The notes beneath the pieces are model-generated. The model was not told the DNA's origin and ran no database searches. It saw nothing but the letters and a program-made list of their open reading frames with translations. The position numbers and the translations under genes are program-made. A DNA stretch of 63,895 nucleotides, counting the filler, from Pelomyxa schiedti (lineage: Eukaryota > Protista > Evosea), in the NCBI GenBank assembly GCA_020536535.1. It is 20 parts of 20 records of this genome, joined end to end, with 100 filler letters (N's around TTAATTAATTAA, not from the genome) between each part and the next. Parts side by side here need not be neighbours in the genome. Positions count along the whole stretch, not along the records: positions 15,019 to 26,712 come from JAHLWZ010001233.1; positions 26,813 to 28,229 come from JAHLWZ010002519.1; positions 28,330 to 30,437 come from JAHLWZ010002132.1; positions 30,538 to 32,762 come from JAHLWZ010002063.1; positions 32,863 to 33,874 come from JAHLWZ010003006.1; positions 33,975 to 35,877 come from JAHLWZ010002215.1; 14 more parts are not named here. The stretch is one strand, 5' to 3'. Positions 22,889 to 33,983 of the stretch are shown here, one piece after another. The stretch's first letter is position 1. Each line of letters opens with the position of its first letter.

Positions 22889-23119
22889 TTGTCTTGTTCA
22901 GAAAGAACAAAAACAAGGCTGCCACGTAATGACAACAGTTTCCCTTCAGAAAACAATAGGGGTTTTTTTTTAAAGTGAGAGTAAATAAGGCACGATACTG
23001 TAACTTTGTAATTTCTTATGGCACCCACTGTCTCTGTGGTGGCCAGTACTGGCGCTTCTGCCAGTACCCCTTAGACCATTTTCTTTGTAGTATCTGGAAG
23101 ACGATTGACTTAAACTACA

Positions 23120-23696
23120 ACAGATGCCTTGCTGCCTTTGCGGCAGTGATATATTATTACGCTGTAGGAAAGACATCGCAACGCAGCCGCGGCAGACCAA
23201 AGGGCACGACGAGGTTACGTGGTGTGTACAAGACGTCTAGATCCACATGTTTATAATGCATTATAAGGGTACCACGTGTCATCGGGACGACCAAAGGGTA
23301 CCACGAAGGACAAGGGATATGGTGCATCACCCGGTAGACCGCCTTTAGGTTTGCAGATCTATGTCATTTAGATTCCCTAGACCTCTGCTGACTGCCACGG
23401 AACTTCGAGATGGAGAACTACATTTTAGATGTAACAATCCAATGTTTAACGCTACATCACCTACTTTGGCCGTATGTAACAATGATCTGTATTATTGCTC
23501 TAATGCCATGCAGTGTATGCTGGGTAGCAACACGGATGTCAAAATCGCACTTGGAAATGGAGATGCTGCTAGATTGCATAGGTTCTATACAACGCAGTAC
23601 ATATCTAAGGTACACGTTGTCCACAGGATCACTTCAGGATATAGTATTTCATGTACTACTACAAATGAAGCTTCAAAACTACACCTTATTGCCTGA
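23120..23696 (+). mobile_element. Helitron Rep (HUH-Y2 endonuclease) fragment, degenerate
   Basis: FRFP...RCNNPMFNATSP...LGSNTDVK...GDAARLHRFYTTQYISK matches the Helitron pattern CRFxFP...N-x-D-x-K...YxxxYxxK. A decayed 'FxxVxYYYAV..SQRxRG' motif lies upstream. Confidence 0.75.
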
Positions 23697-24076
23697 TTGC
23701 ATCACTGTGTTTATTTCTACAAACACCTCTACAACAGACGCTGAACTTTTTCTTTCTTTCCTTAAACACAGCTGTCTCATGTAAAGTTAGTTGCTTTTTT
23801 CATCACCTTGGTAAAACGGGCCGGACTTTTTTGTTTTCTTATTTTTGTAAAGTCAAAAGTAGTAAGAAGAAACGAAGGTTTGACAATCAGAGAGCAAGTA
23901 ATAGGGATGGCCAGATAAATTGTGTGTGTGCCAGTGTTGTGGAATTTGTCTGGAACTCTGGCATGATGACTGTGTGGCGCAAAATGCTATGCAGGGAGAG
24001 TGTCTGAGCAGTGGTTGGTTCACAAAGTAACACCTTGGTCTTAATGTTTCCTATGTATTAGTTAGCCACTACTATG

Positions 24077-26250
24077 TCAATCAAAAAGCGGAATACTTGT
24101 TGGGTCTGTTATCCAAGCAACATCAACGAAGCCTTGATTCCAGTGGATGCCACAAATGCGGCCAAAGGCAAACTGAAAGTCAGCTCTTGCTGGTGAAGAT
24201 GGCTTTGCACATAAATACACATCACCAATTCTAATAGTGAGGCCACGAACCACAACAGCCTGTGACTGTTCAAAATAAGATATTTCAGAGGATGGTAAAA
24301 GAGAGCGATTCCTATGCAACTCTCTGCCACAAGTAAGTTCTTTTCAAATGATCATTGGGATTCATACACTATTGACAGGCAAGTTTTTGCTGAACATCGC
24401 AGTAAAATGTGCTGAGCATCCTTCCCAACAAAGTGTTTCCCAACAAGCCCAACTTCTTGCTGTAATCGTTCTCCAGATTGAGTGTCAAAGCAAAATGGTG
24501 GTCCAAAGGCTGTTGGTACTATAAGTTACATTGCATATTGTAATCAAGTCTTACCTTCAATCCACTGACAAAAATGAACCGGAAGGTGTATGTTGATACT
24601 GTTGTCAAAAAGTGAGCCAAATAACATGAAGCACAGCTTTCTGTGGTCATATTGAAAGGAGTTTTATGAAAAAGAAGTGTGTACTTAAACTTCTTGAAGG
24701 TTTTATTACAGATTAAATTGAAGCTGGTACACCAAAATGGGCTCTTGACAAGGAAGACAAGTTTCACCAAACTACAAATGCACAGGGCATACTCTTCATG
24801 CAAATCTAAAAACAATTACCATTTGATGGTGGATGAAAAAAGTACCTGGTAATTGTTGTAAAGTGATAGGCGCCAGAGAAAGGAACTTTAATACATCCTT
24901 GCTGAAGAGATATTAGCAAAATAAAAATTATCGCTCTCATACCCATTCCATTGTTTTATTGCAGTTAGGTTCGGCAATGGAATGCAAATACCTTGTGCTT
25001 TCCAATAGTTGTGAATGAGTTGACTTCGCTGTTCAATCAAATGGACAGCGTCAGAGGTTAGTTTCTCTTGAAGGGTTTTCGCAATTTTTTTTGCCAAGTT
25101 GAGGAGGAAGACATGTAGAATATCACCTGGAACCTGTAAAAAGAGTTATAGCCTTGAAAAGCAATTTGATGGGGTGTAAGAAAAAAAAGAAAAAGGCCAG
25201 TGTTTACCTGGACAAAGGGGTTAAAGGATAACTTTTCTGCATAGGCCAAAAGTGGATTTGCAAAAGCATTCTTGTGTAAATGGCAACGATGCATAATTAG
25301 GTATGCTTGTGACTATTTGTTATTAGCTTAAATTAAATAGTTGAAAACAACCTCATTTGGGGCCTGACTGGCAATTTTGCATTGTTCTATGCAATACTGA
25401 AGATTTCGCTTTGGTGCCTGGTAGTCAGAGTGAAATCCAGCACATGGAATTTCACAGGTTTGACACCAGTAGGCACTCAGATTTCCACCTTCTCGAATTA
25501 GGTAGATATTGAGTGGCATGAAGATACTTGGTGGGTTGACACCAGCTGCCATCCATCGCATCTGCCCATCGGCTGTGAATAGTACCAGGCGGGCATATAA
25601 ACGAACTAGTTGTCCATGGAAGGCACTCCAAATAGGCACGCCAACCTTGTTTGTTATTAGGAAAAGGGAGGTAATTACACCACACCGTATTTAATTGGAT
25701 TAAAGTAGGAATCAAAAGGTCCAGAACATTATAAAACTGTTGCTGTGAATCAATTTTTGTTGAGAGTACAACAGAAGCCACGGGCATTTCTGCAATCTGA
25801 GGTACATGTTACTCTGAGAGAGGAAAAAAAAACCTGTATACCTTGACAGGTAGGTTTCTGATTGTACAAAGGAGTGTGCCAATTGATTTTTTCGAGGTTT
25901 GTTCAATTTTATCACTAAACAGTGACAGAACCAATGGTACACAAGGTAAGTTGTCAGAACCCCGCTCTGGAATAGAAGACAGCCATTCAGAAACAACCTT
26001 GCCATCACATATATTGCTATAAAAACCTAAAAAAATGGTTTGTGATGGGGTACTGTTGGTAAAATAGACCTGTGGGTGTTGATGGCTTTGTGATAAGGAA
26101 TTGTGTAAACGCCGGGCAAGCAAATAACAGCTCAAACCAAGAAAGGATATTTAGCACACAAAGCCCATTTCTTGTTATCTTCAATAATGTAAGAAGTAAC
26201 ACCAACTACTGAGGTTGCCGGGTGTAATTTATGTTAGCGAGTGTGTAAAA
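24077..26250 (-). mobile_element. Plavaka/CMC (EnSpm-related) transposase, intron-containing and frameshifted, with a possible BAH-like C-terminus
   Basis: Ordered motifs YSNICDG..W, LVLSLFSDK, LLCTIRNLP, GVPIWSA...RLVLFTADG, NPF...PGDILH (~25112-25130), IKQWNGYE, AFGPPFCFDTQSGER (~24470-24515), then IRIGDVYLC. Confidence 0.75.
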
Positions 26251-26812
26251 AGAGTGGGTGAATGGCCATTTTTTCCCCCTCCCTCTCCCCCACCATGCTC
26301 CTTCCTCCGCGAACACAGACACATCCTCGTTGCGTCTCACCAACAGCGATTACTTACAAATGACAGCCCATTCATCGACTTCACGGAATCAAAGATGAGG
26401 CTCTCCGATATCAGCACCCGGAACTCATGACAAACTTGAATCACTGCACGCACATCCTCTTGTGACCAATTCAGTTGGAGGTAAGCCTTCATCAGTTCCC
26501 AGGCACCCCTCTCCATCTGTTGACTGTGAATCGGTTTTCCCCTGTGCAAAAGACAACAAACCAGGGGGAAGCGTGTGTCAAGTGAATAACAGCCCAGTGT
26601 GGTGGTCATCAATGAGACTTCTGATGACTGTGCAGTTGTTGTCTTTTGGCAGTTAGAATGGAAAAGACACCGAACCACACCTCTGGTGGACATGGGGTGG
26701 CAGTTGGTTGTGNNNNNNNNNNNNNNNNNNNNNNNNNNNNNNNNNNNNNNNNNNNNTTAATTAATTAANNNNNNNNNNNNNNNNNNNNNNNNNNNNNNNN
26801 NNNNNNNNNNNN

Positions 26813-28224
26813 CACATTCTGTTTGCTCCTCAAATTTGTTTTGAAGAACCTGCCTTCCCTCCCTTGTTCTTTTTATTTCCAACAATGTTTCCTCTTTTTC
26901 TTTCGACATACTTTTCAGCTGGTTGTTTAACTCCACTATTTGTATGTCCATCACTGTACATGAGTTTAAATTCAAAAACCAAGTGCACTGTCATACTGGT
27001 TTTTTGTTGTTCAAACTCTTTGCACCGAATTTGAAAGTCTGTCCAGAAAGTGAAACAAAGAAGAAGAGCACAGAAAACTACACACACTCAGTTTGTGCGT
27101 CAAGTTTCTTTTGAAGAGTTTCACAAGTCCGTGTTGATTTCAACAAGGCTTCCTGTTTTTCTTTGGACTGTTGTTCAACCTTGCCTTCAAGCTCCTTGAG
27201 CTCTCTTTCCAAGGTTCTTACTTTTTCCTGTTTACAAATGAATGTTGTTTAGCAACGCAAGAGGTTAAAAACACACCTCCAACTGAATGTCACCATATCC
27301 AATGTTGCAGGAGACACCCCTTCCACCACCACATTTCGTTTCTTGGAAATCATTCTCTTCGAAATTCCCAACAAGTGTGATTGTATTGGTTGAAGAAGGC
27401 CCACCACACCTGAATGTGGCCATGCCCTCCCCACAACAGCCATTCATTGTGAATTTTCCAGTGAATTCGTCACCATTTAGCCACCTCTTTGTCCCAGACA
27501 TAATCACACCCATCTCCCAAACACCAGCGATTGAGGTACCATCACATGCCCACGTTTTTGTGCCTGCTCCATTCTCCTTCCCACTCACCCAGTCACCCTC
27601 GTACCTCGTCCCATCATCCCAAATCCTGACACCCCTCCCATGGAACACGTCATCTTTCCACCCACCAACATAACTCCCACCACACCATTTGTCATCACCA
27701 AACAGCATCCTCCCATAACCGCTCCTCTTGCCGTGATCAAACTCACCATGGTAGATGTCACCCGTCTCAGGTGAGTGCCATGTGCCACAGCCATGCCACT
27801 TGTGCCCTTTCCACTGACCCTCATACACTGTTTCCACAGTTCTTTCCGCACTACCATCACCATTATTTGTTCCCATGTTATTCGCCACTCTCCGCTGCAC
27901 ACCCCAACCCTGAGCGTGTTCGGGGTTGTCTTTCCACGCCCAGTCTCCATCAAATACGTCGACACCGTTCTTGCTGTGGTATGTCCCCCTCTTGCGGTCG
28001 CCCCTGTACAGTCCCTCAAACCAATCACCATCGAGAAAGTGGTACACACCCCACCCGTCGCGCTTGTCGTTGTGCCACTCGCCCTCATAGGTATCACCGT
28101 TGTCCCTCCTCCAGAACCCTCGGCCGTGCCTCACACCATCCTTCATCTCACCATTGTAGCCCACAACTTCGTTTGTCGGCGTTGGTAGTGGTTTGGTTGT
28201 TGTGCCGCCAAACCACCCCCACAT
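26813..28224 (-). CDS. MORN-repeat protein with coiled-coil C-terminus (multi-exon, 3'-partial)
   Basis: Repeated YEGEWxxDKRxGxG motifs; Lys/Glu/Gln-rich exons follow the GT at ~27274. Confidence 0.9.
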
Positions 28225-28329
28225 TTGTTNNNNNNNNNNNNNNNNNNNNNNNNNNNNNNNNNNNNNNNNNNNNTTAATTAATTAANNNNNNNNNNNNNNN
28301 NNNNNNNNNNNNNNNNNNNNNNNNNNNNN

Positions 28330-29957
28330 GTACTGTCAAACAAGTTAGGATTTGGCGGAAGAGGCTTATGTGCTGTTGGTATAAGATAAATGTGAAAGCC
28401 GCATTGGATGGGAAAGTATGCAACGGTGTCCACAATAACAGATGAAAGGTTCGATGGACCCTCTACAAGCAGTAAAGCTCCCACAACCGGATTGATGAGC
28501 CAAGTGAACCAAACAAAGTGATTGCCTGATGATGTAAAAGAAGAGTGCAACAATGAATAAGAGCAAAAAAGAAGCGGGCAAAAAAGAAAGCTTACTCCCA
28601 CATCTCTGACTCTGGCGGTTCTTGTTTAGGGAGTCGGTAATTTTCGATGCACCCTCAGCACCAATGCTGTTGTCTTGTTGTAGTTTTGAGGATTTTGTTT
28701 TTGTTGGTGAGTTGAACAGAAGTGTGTGAAGAGGGTATTTATTTGTCACACACATCCAAGATCCAGACTCACGAGTGACTTGTTTGACACAAGTGATTCG
28801 GCAATTTTCGATGCACCCTCATCACCAATGCTGTTGTCTTGTTGTCGTTTTGTTTTCGTTGGTGAGAGAGGGTATTTATTTGTCACACACTTCCAAGATC
28901 CAGACTCACGAGTGACTTGTTTGACACAAGTGATTCGGCAATTTTCGATGCACCCTCAGCACCAATTCTGTTCCCTTGTTGTCGTTTTGAGGATTTTATT
29001 TTTGTTGGTGAGAGAGGGTATTTATTTGTCACACACTTCCAAGATCCAGACTCACGAGTGACTTGTTTGACACAAGTGATTCGGCAATTTTCGATGCACT
29101 CTCATCACCAATGCTGTTGTCTTGTTGTTGTTTTGAGGATTTTGTTTTTGTTGGTGAGAGAGGGTATTTATTTGTCACACACATCCAAGATACAGACTCA
29201 CGAGTGACTTGTTTGACACAAGTGATTCGGCAATTTTCGATGCACCCTCATCACCAATGCTGTTGTCTTGTTGTTGTTTTGTTTTTGTTGGTGAGAGAGG
29301 GTATTTATTTGTCACACACCTCCAAGATACAGACTCACGAGTGACTTGTTTGACACAAGTGATTCGGCAATTTTCGATGCACCCTCAGCACCAATTCTGT
29401 TCCCTTGTTGTCGTTTTGAGGATTTTGTTTTTGTTGGTGAGTTGAACAGAAGTGTGTGTGAAGAGGGTATTTATTTGTCACACACATCCAAGATCCAGAC
29501 TCACGAGTGACTTGTTTGACACAAGTGATTCGGCAATTTTCGATGCACCCTCATCACCAATGCCGTTGCCTTGTTGTTGTTTTGGGGATTTTGTTTTTGT
29601 TGGTGAGTTGAACAGAAGTGTGTGTGAAGAGGGTATTTATTTGTCACACACCTCCAAGATCCAGACTCACGAGTGACTTGTTTGACACAAGTGATTCGGC
29701 AATTTTCGATGCACCCTCATCACCAATGCTGATGCCTTGTTGTTGTTTTGGGGATTTTGTTTTTGTTGGTGAGTTGAACAAAGTGTGCCGTGTTTATGTG
29801 TGAAGAGGGTATTCGTGAGCAAATGGGGCGTGTCGACACCTCTCAGCACCAGATTGGCACAAACACACTGAGGGCGTTTCAGAGCACTACAAAGACACGG
29901 TAGTGGTATATTGTCGGTGGTATCTATGACCGTTTTGAGGTGCAGGTCAGAGCTCAT
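28330..29957 (-). CDS. RNI/NLRC3-type leucine-rich repeat protein with one 28-aa LRR per exon (3'-partial)
   Basis: Seven 84-nt phase-1 exons encoding xNxIGxEGASKIAESLVSNKSLVSLxLG plus an eighth variant exon. First exon reads MSSDLHL...LCSALKRPQCVCANLVLRG. Confidence 0.9.
28640..29782. repeat. Tandem array of ~137-166-bp exon+intron units
   Basis: 'ccaagat.cagactcacgagtgacttgtttgacacaagtgattcggcaattttcgatgcac' at ~28756, 28893, 29039, 29185, 29322, 29488 and 29654. Confidence 0.95.
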
Positions 29958-30862
29958 AGTGGGTGCCGACAAAAAACCGGGCAATTGTAATTAATTCTCT
30001 TCACAAAAAATTGTTTTGGTCACAAATGGCCGCACCACATCACACTCATTCTTGTTGGTCGCCGGCAGGCCAACGGAGGCACCAAACTCACACATTGTAG
30101 GCCGTTTCAGAACCCACATCCAGCAGACCGAAATCACACTCACCCAAACTGGACCAGATCGGCTAGAGTTCTATCAGCAGTCGCAGTGACATCACCACAC
30201 AGGGTGAGGACTCCTCCTTATGTGAGTCCGATAATCGTATCCACCAACAGTGAAGGTAACCACACCTTTTATCAGAGAGCAAGTTCCGAGAAGCAGCGAG
30301 ATAATAGTTCAGGTTGTAACCAAAGAGCCAGAAATTCAACAACCTGTTGCACCTTCCAAGGCACACTAAGTTGAGTTCCTCAATTTTGTGTCTGTTGAGC
30401 TTTTGTGATAGGCCCAAGTCATGGTATCTATCATTCANNNNNNNNNNNNNNNNNNNNNNNNNNNNNNNNNNNNNNNNNNNNTTAATTAATTAANNNNNNN
30501 NNNNNNNNNNNNNNNNNNNNNNNNNNNNNNNNNNNNNTCAGAACAATGCAATGTTACTTGCAGCCATTATTTGGGCTTGGCAGCAAATTTTACATCTACC
30601 CATGGGTCTTAAAAACGGTGATTTTTTTGCTGGAATGTACTTATGGGCCAACTGGTACCAATGTGGTTTTGAGCCCTTTTTCTGCAAAGAACCAATTTGG
30701 AGCATATGGTAAAACAGGTTTGTTTTGTGCGCTAATTGTGGGTGTGGTGCTACACACGTTAGTCCTGACAGCTGCCACTGTGGCATACAATGTATATATA
30801 ATAATACAGCTTAATGAGCATGAATATAGAAATGGAATTTATTAAATGTGAAAGGGCCGATT

Positions 30863-31500
30863 CTAGGCATGAAGTAAGGAATTGTGGTGAAAATGGAGAC
30901 CTGACTGCCTCTCTGGCAAGGAGAGATCCCAGGGAGAAGCGGAAGTATGACGTGCTTGCAGGAATGTCTCTATGATGATACTGTGTAGAGACTGAGATTT
31001 ACTGGCAAGCAATACTCTGAGAACACCTGCGTCAAGTAAGGATCTGAAAGACTGAGAACAGGAGTACCTGAGGGTTCCAATTAGGCTTAGTACTTGTACA
31101 GGAACACGGAATATCTCAGGCAAAAGCTGGAAGCAACAAACTAGTATTGGTGAGCCAGTATTCAGAAAGAAAACTTTTGTGCTTAACATTATAATTCCTA
31201 GGATAACATGTGGGGATCATCTATGGTTGTGATTAGCGGCTATATACAAGAATATATGAAGTAACCTGTACTAGTACTGAACAACACTGGAGCGCTAACA
31301 GGGCGATTGCAGGCCTACAAACAAATCACTGGATCATCTTTGTGTTTTGAGATCATGCATACTAACATTCAGCAAGTATTCATGCATGGAGGTGAGCTAT
31401 CTTCAAAGGAGATACACCCAGCAATCCGTTGTGAATGTGCATGGCAAAATGAGAGCCTAGTATGAGGTGCTGAACCAAGCAGCTTAGCCTTGTTTAGAAG
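30863..31500. repeat. Second degenerate copy of the unassigned repeat seen at 15600-17900
   Basis: Shared ~49-bp core with two mismatches; weaker similarity between 31266-31293 and 17273-17302. Confidence 0.55.
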
Positions 31501-32303
31501 TCCCTGGTGATCACAAGCCTCAGGAGTTTTGGTGTTGGGCACCACGGCCACCACCACAGAACCCTCGGAATTCGCGCACTCATCCTTCATCATCACACTC
31601 CCCTCACAGTGAAACGCCACACAACCAACAACATCACCGCCACAATCACTATCACCAGTTCCAGTGGCACTGTTACTACCACGACCACACACGGTATAAT
31701 GATAATGATGTCGGTTGGAAGCGGGAGCACGAAAGGAATTGTGGGTCGGTGATGGTGAGGTCCTTGGGTGTCGACTCGCTCGGCTCCGTTGGGGCCTGCG
31801 TGACGATTCGTTCGCGAACCAACACAGATTTGGCGCGACTTCGTTGTCGCCGACCACGAAACAAGTCACAGTCCCCGTCGTGGTCGACGGCGAGGCGGCA
31901 ACGAATCGTTGGTTGATTGAGAACCCTTCAAGGAAATGATGTCCAAGAGGTACTTAAGCCGCTGCGACACCAACCAAATCCTCGGCCTGGAGTAACATTT
32001 AAAATGGCCACCCCCATAATCGAGAGCCCAACCAGCTGCCGACTCGTCGACGACCAAGATATTGGCCTGCCGGTTCAAGTGGGCCACATTTTGTTTTGGC
32101 TCGTTTGGTTCGGCGCCATTTTTGTACTACGGAGGCCACCCCGTAGTACATAAATAACATGTGTTTAGAAAAAGAAAAAAAGAAATAAAGACAGTTTTGT
32201 TTGGTGCTGGCATTTGCTGTTGTGATTCTGGTGGGTGTGCGTTTTGGGTGGTGCTTTTTGCATACAGGTCAGTGCTCATAGGCACCTGTGAGGCTAGGTG
32301 GGT

Positions 32304-32476
32304 GGTGCGGTGCTGTGCGGTGCCGTGCCGTGCCGTGCGGTGCGGTGCGGTGCGGTGCGGTGCGGTGCGGTGCGGTGCTGTGCGGTGCTGTGCGGTGCTG
32401 TGCGGTGCTGTGCTGTGCGGTGCTGTGCGGTGCTGTGCTGTGCTGTGCTGTGCTGTGCTGTGCTGTGCTGTGCCGT
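32304..32476. repeat. Compound pentanucleotide microsatellite (GTGCC/GTGCG/GTGCT)n
   Basis: Directly visible; about 34 units. Confidence 0.97.
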
Positions 32477-32862
32477 GAGACTGCTTGGGGTTGTGGATGT
32501 GTGCTGGCAAATGAGAAACCCCAGGGCCGCTTCTCACTAATTGTTCCAGTCCTGCAGCTGTCGTGGTTGTTCCTAGGTGCTAGTGAGAATGAAGCCATAC
32601 AGGGTGAGCGTACCAGTACATATTGTTTGGGTTCCTATCAGCTTGTCTTAAAGACCAGTGGAAATAATAACAACAGGGACACCTGTAGAAGTTAGAACAA
32701 GATATAAACAGAAGAGCTGAACATACTTGTGGGGTGGTACTGCACACAGGCAACCAAAGAAGNNNNNNNNNNNNNNNNNNNNNNNNNNNNNNNNNNNNNN
32801 NNNNNNTTAATTAATTAANNNNNNNNNNNNNNNNNNNNNNNNNNNNNNNNNNNNNNNNNNNN

Positions 32863-33407
32863 AGGGACCAGCAATCTTAGTATTCATCATCGTGGACTTG
32901 CTTAAAACTTCTGCAACGAAAACACTTGTTCTGAAAAGTACCACAACAGCACCACAGAAGAGCCTACCTCACAGCGATTTGTCTAAATTCATTGCTGAGG
33001 GTGCCAATCTGCACATGAAGAAGTCTGATGGAACTGACGTACTCATTGTTTTCTTGATCTCCAAGGGCGTTTTTCACATCGAATTGCCCAGTGGAAACGC
33101 ATCAATTCTTCACCAGGGAGAAAAGTGTGTCCCATCACAACTTGGTGTCACATTATTTTGCCTCCACGTTCTAAACAAGCAAAAATTGGAAGTGTGGGAC
33201 TGCAACAACATCACAGCACCACTGAGGTTCATTGAGGTTACACATGCTACAGCAAGGGTGATTGGGGCATCAGGGTTCCTGCTGACCACAATGGGGAACA
33301 CACTGCAAGTGTCAGAGGCATCATCTGGGTTCGTTGTTCTTTCTCTGGTACTCAATGTGCCCCAGTTCTTAATTTCCCAACGTGTTTCGATTGTGTCACA
33401 AAACTAA
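32863..33407 (+). CDS. Expanded lineage-specific family member, 5'-partial
   Basis: SQLGVTLFCL...EVWDCNNITAPLR...GASGFLL...VSEASSGFVVL. Confidence 0.8.
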
Positions 33408-33433
33408 GTTTTTCTTGTTTATTTTTTATTCAT

Positions 33434-33874
33434 CTACATTATTGACACTCGTTCTGAGATTGCAAAATTAACAACATCGAAAGACAGTTTCAGAACAACG
33501 AACCCAGATGATGCCTCTGACACTTGCAGTGTGTTCCCAATTGTGGTCAGCAGGAACCCTGATGCCCCAATCACAGAGGATTGTGGTGGCACTTCAATGA
33601 GCCTCAGTGGTGCTGTGATGGTGTTGCAGTCCCAAACTTCAAACATATATTTCTCTTCAACATGGAGGCAAAAGAATGCGTGGCTGAGTTGTGACAGTAT
33701 GCACTTCTCTCCCTGGTGAAGACCTGTTCTGTTTCCACTTGGCAATTCCATATAAAAAACACTCATCTTGTGGTGCAGAATTAGAACGTCAGTTCCATCC
33801 CTCTTCCTCAAGTGCAGCTTTTTGCCCACTGCAAAGATATCAGAAAAATTGATTGGCCCATTGTGCTCCACCAC
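33434..33874 (-). CDS. Expanded lineage-specific family member, 5'-partial, convergent with the previous gene
   Basis: SQLSHAFFCL...EVWDCNTITAPLR...GASGFLL...VSEASSGFVVL. Confidence 0.8.
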   Translation of the reverse strand: MVEHNGPINFSDIFAVGKKLHLRKRDGTDVLILHHKMSVFYMELPSGNRTGLHQGEKCILSQLSHAFFCLHVEEKYMFEVWDCNTITAPLRLIEVPPQSSVIGASGFLLTTIGNTLQVSEASSGFVVLKLSFDVVNFAISERVSIM

Positions 33875-33983
33875 NNNNNNNNNNNNNNNNNNNNNNNNNN
33901 NNNNNNNNNNNNNNNNNNTTAATTAATTAANNNNNNNNNNNNNNNNNNNNNNNNNNNNNNNNNNNNNNNNNNNNCCACTGAAA

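Noticed and set aside
28726-29803. Regular repeats as a CRISPR array, and the + strand ORFs over them
   Set aside because: The units are LRR exons plus GT-AG introns on the minus strand, the 'spacers' are not unique, and there are no cas genes.
32127-32695. Cys/Ala/Val-rich or HSTAQ-repeat ORFs
   Set aside because: Translations of a pentanucleotide microsatellite.
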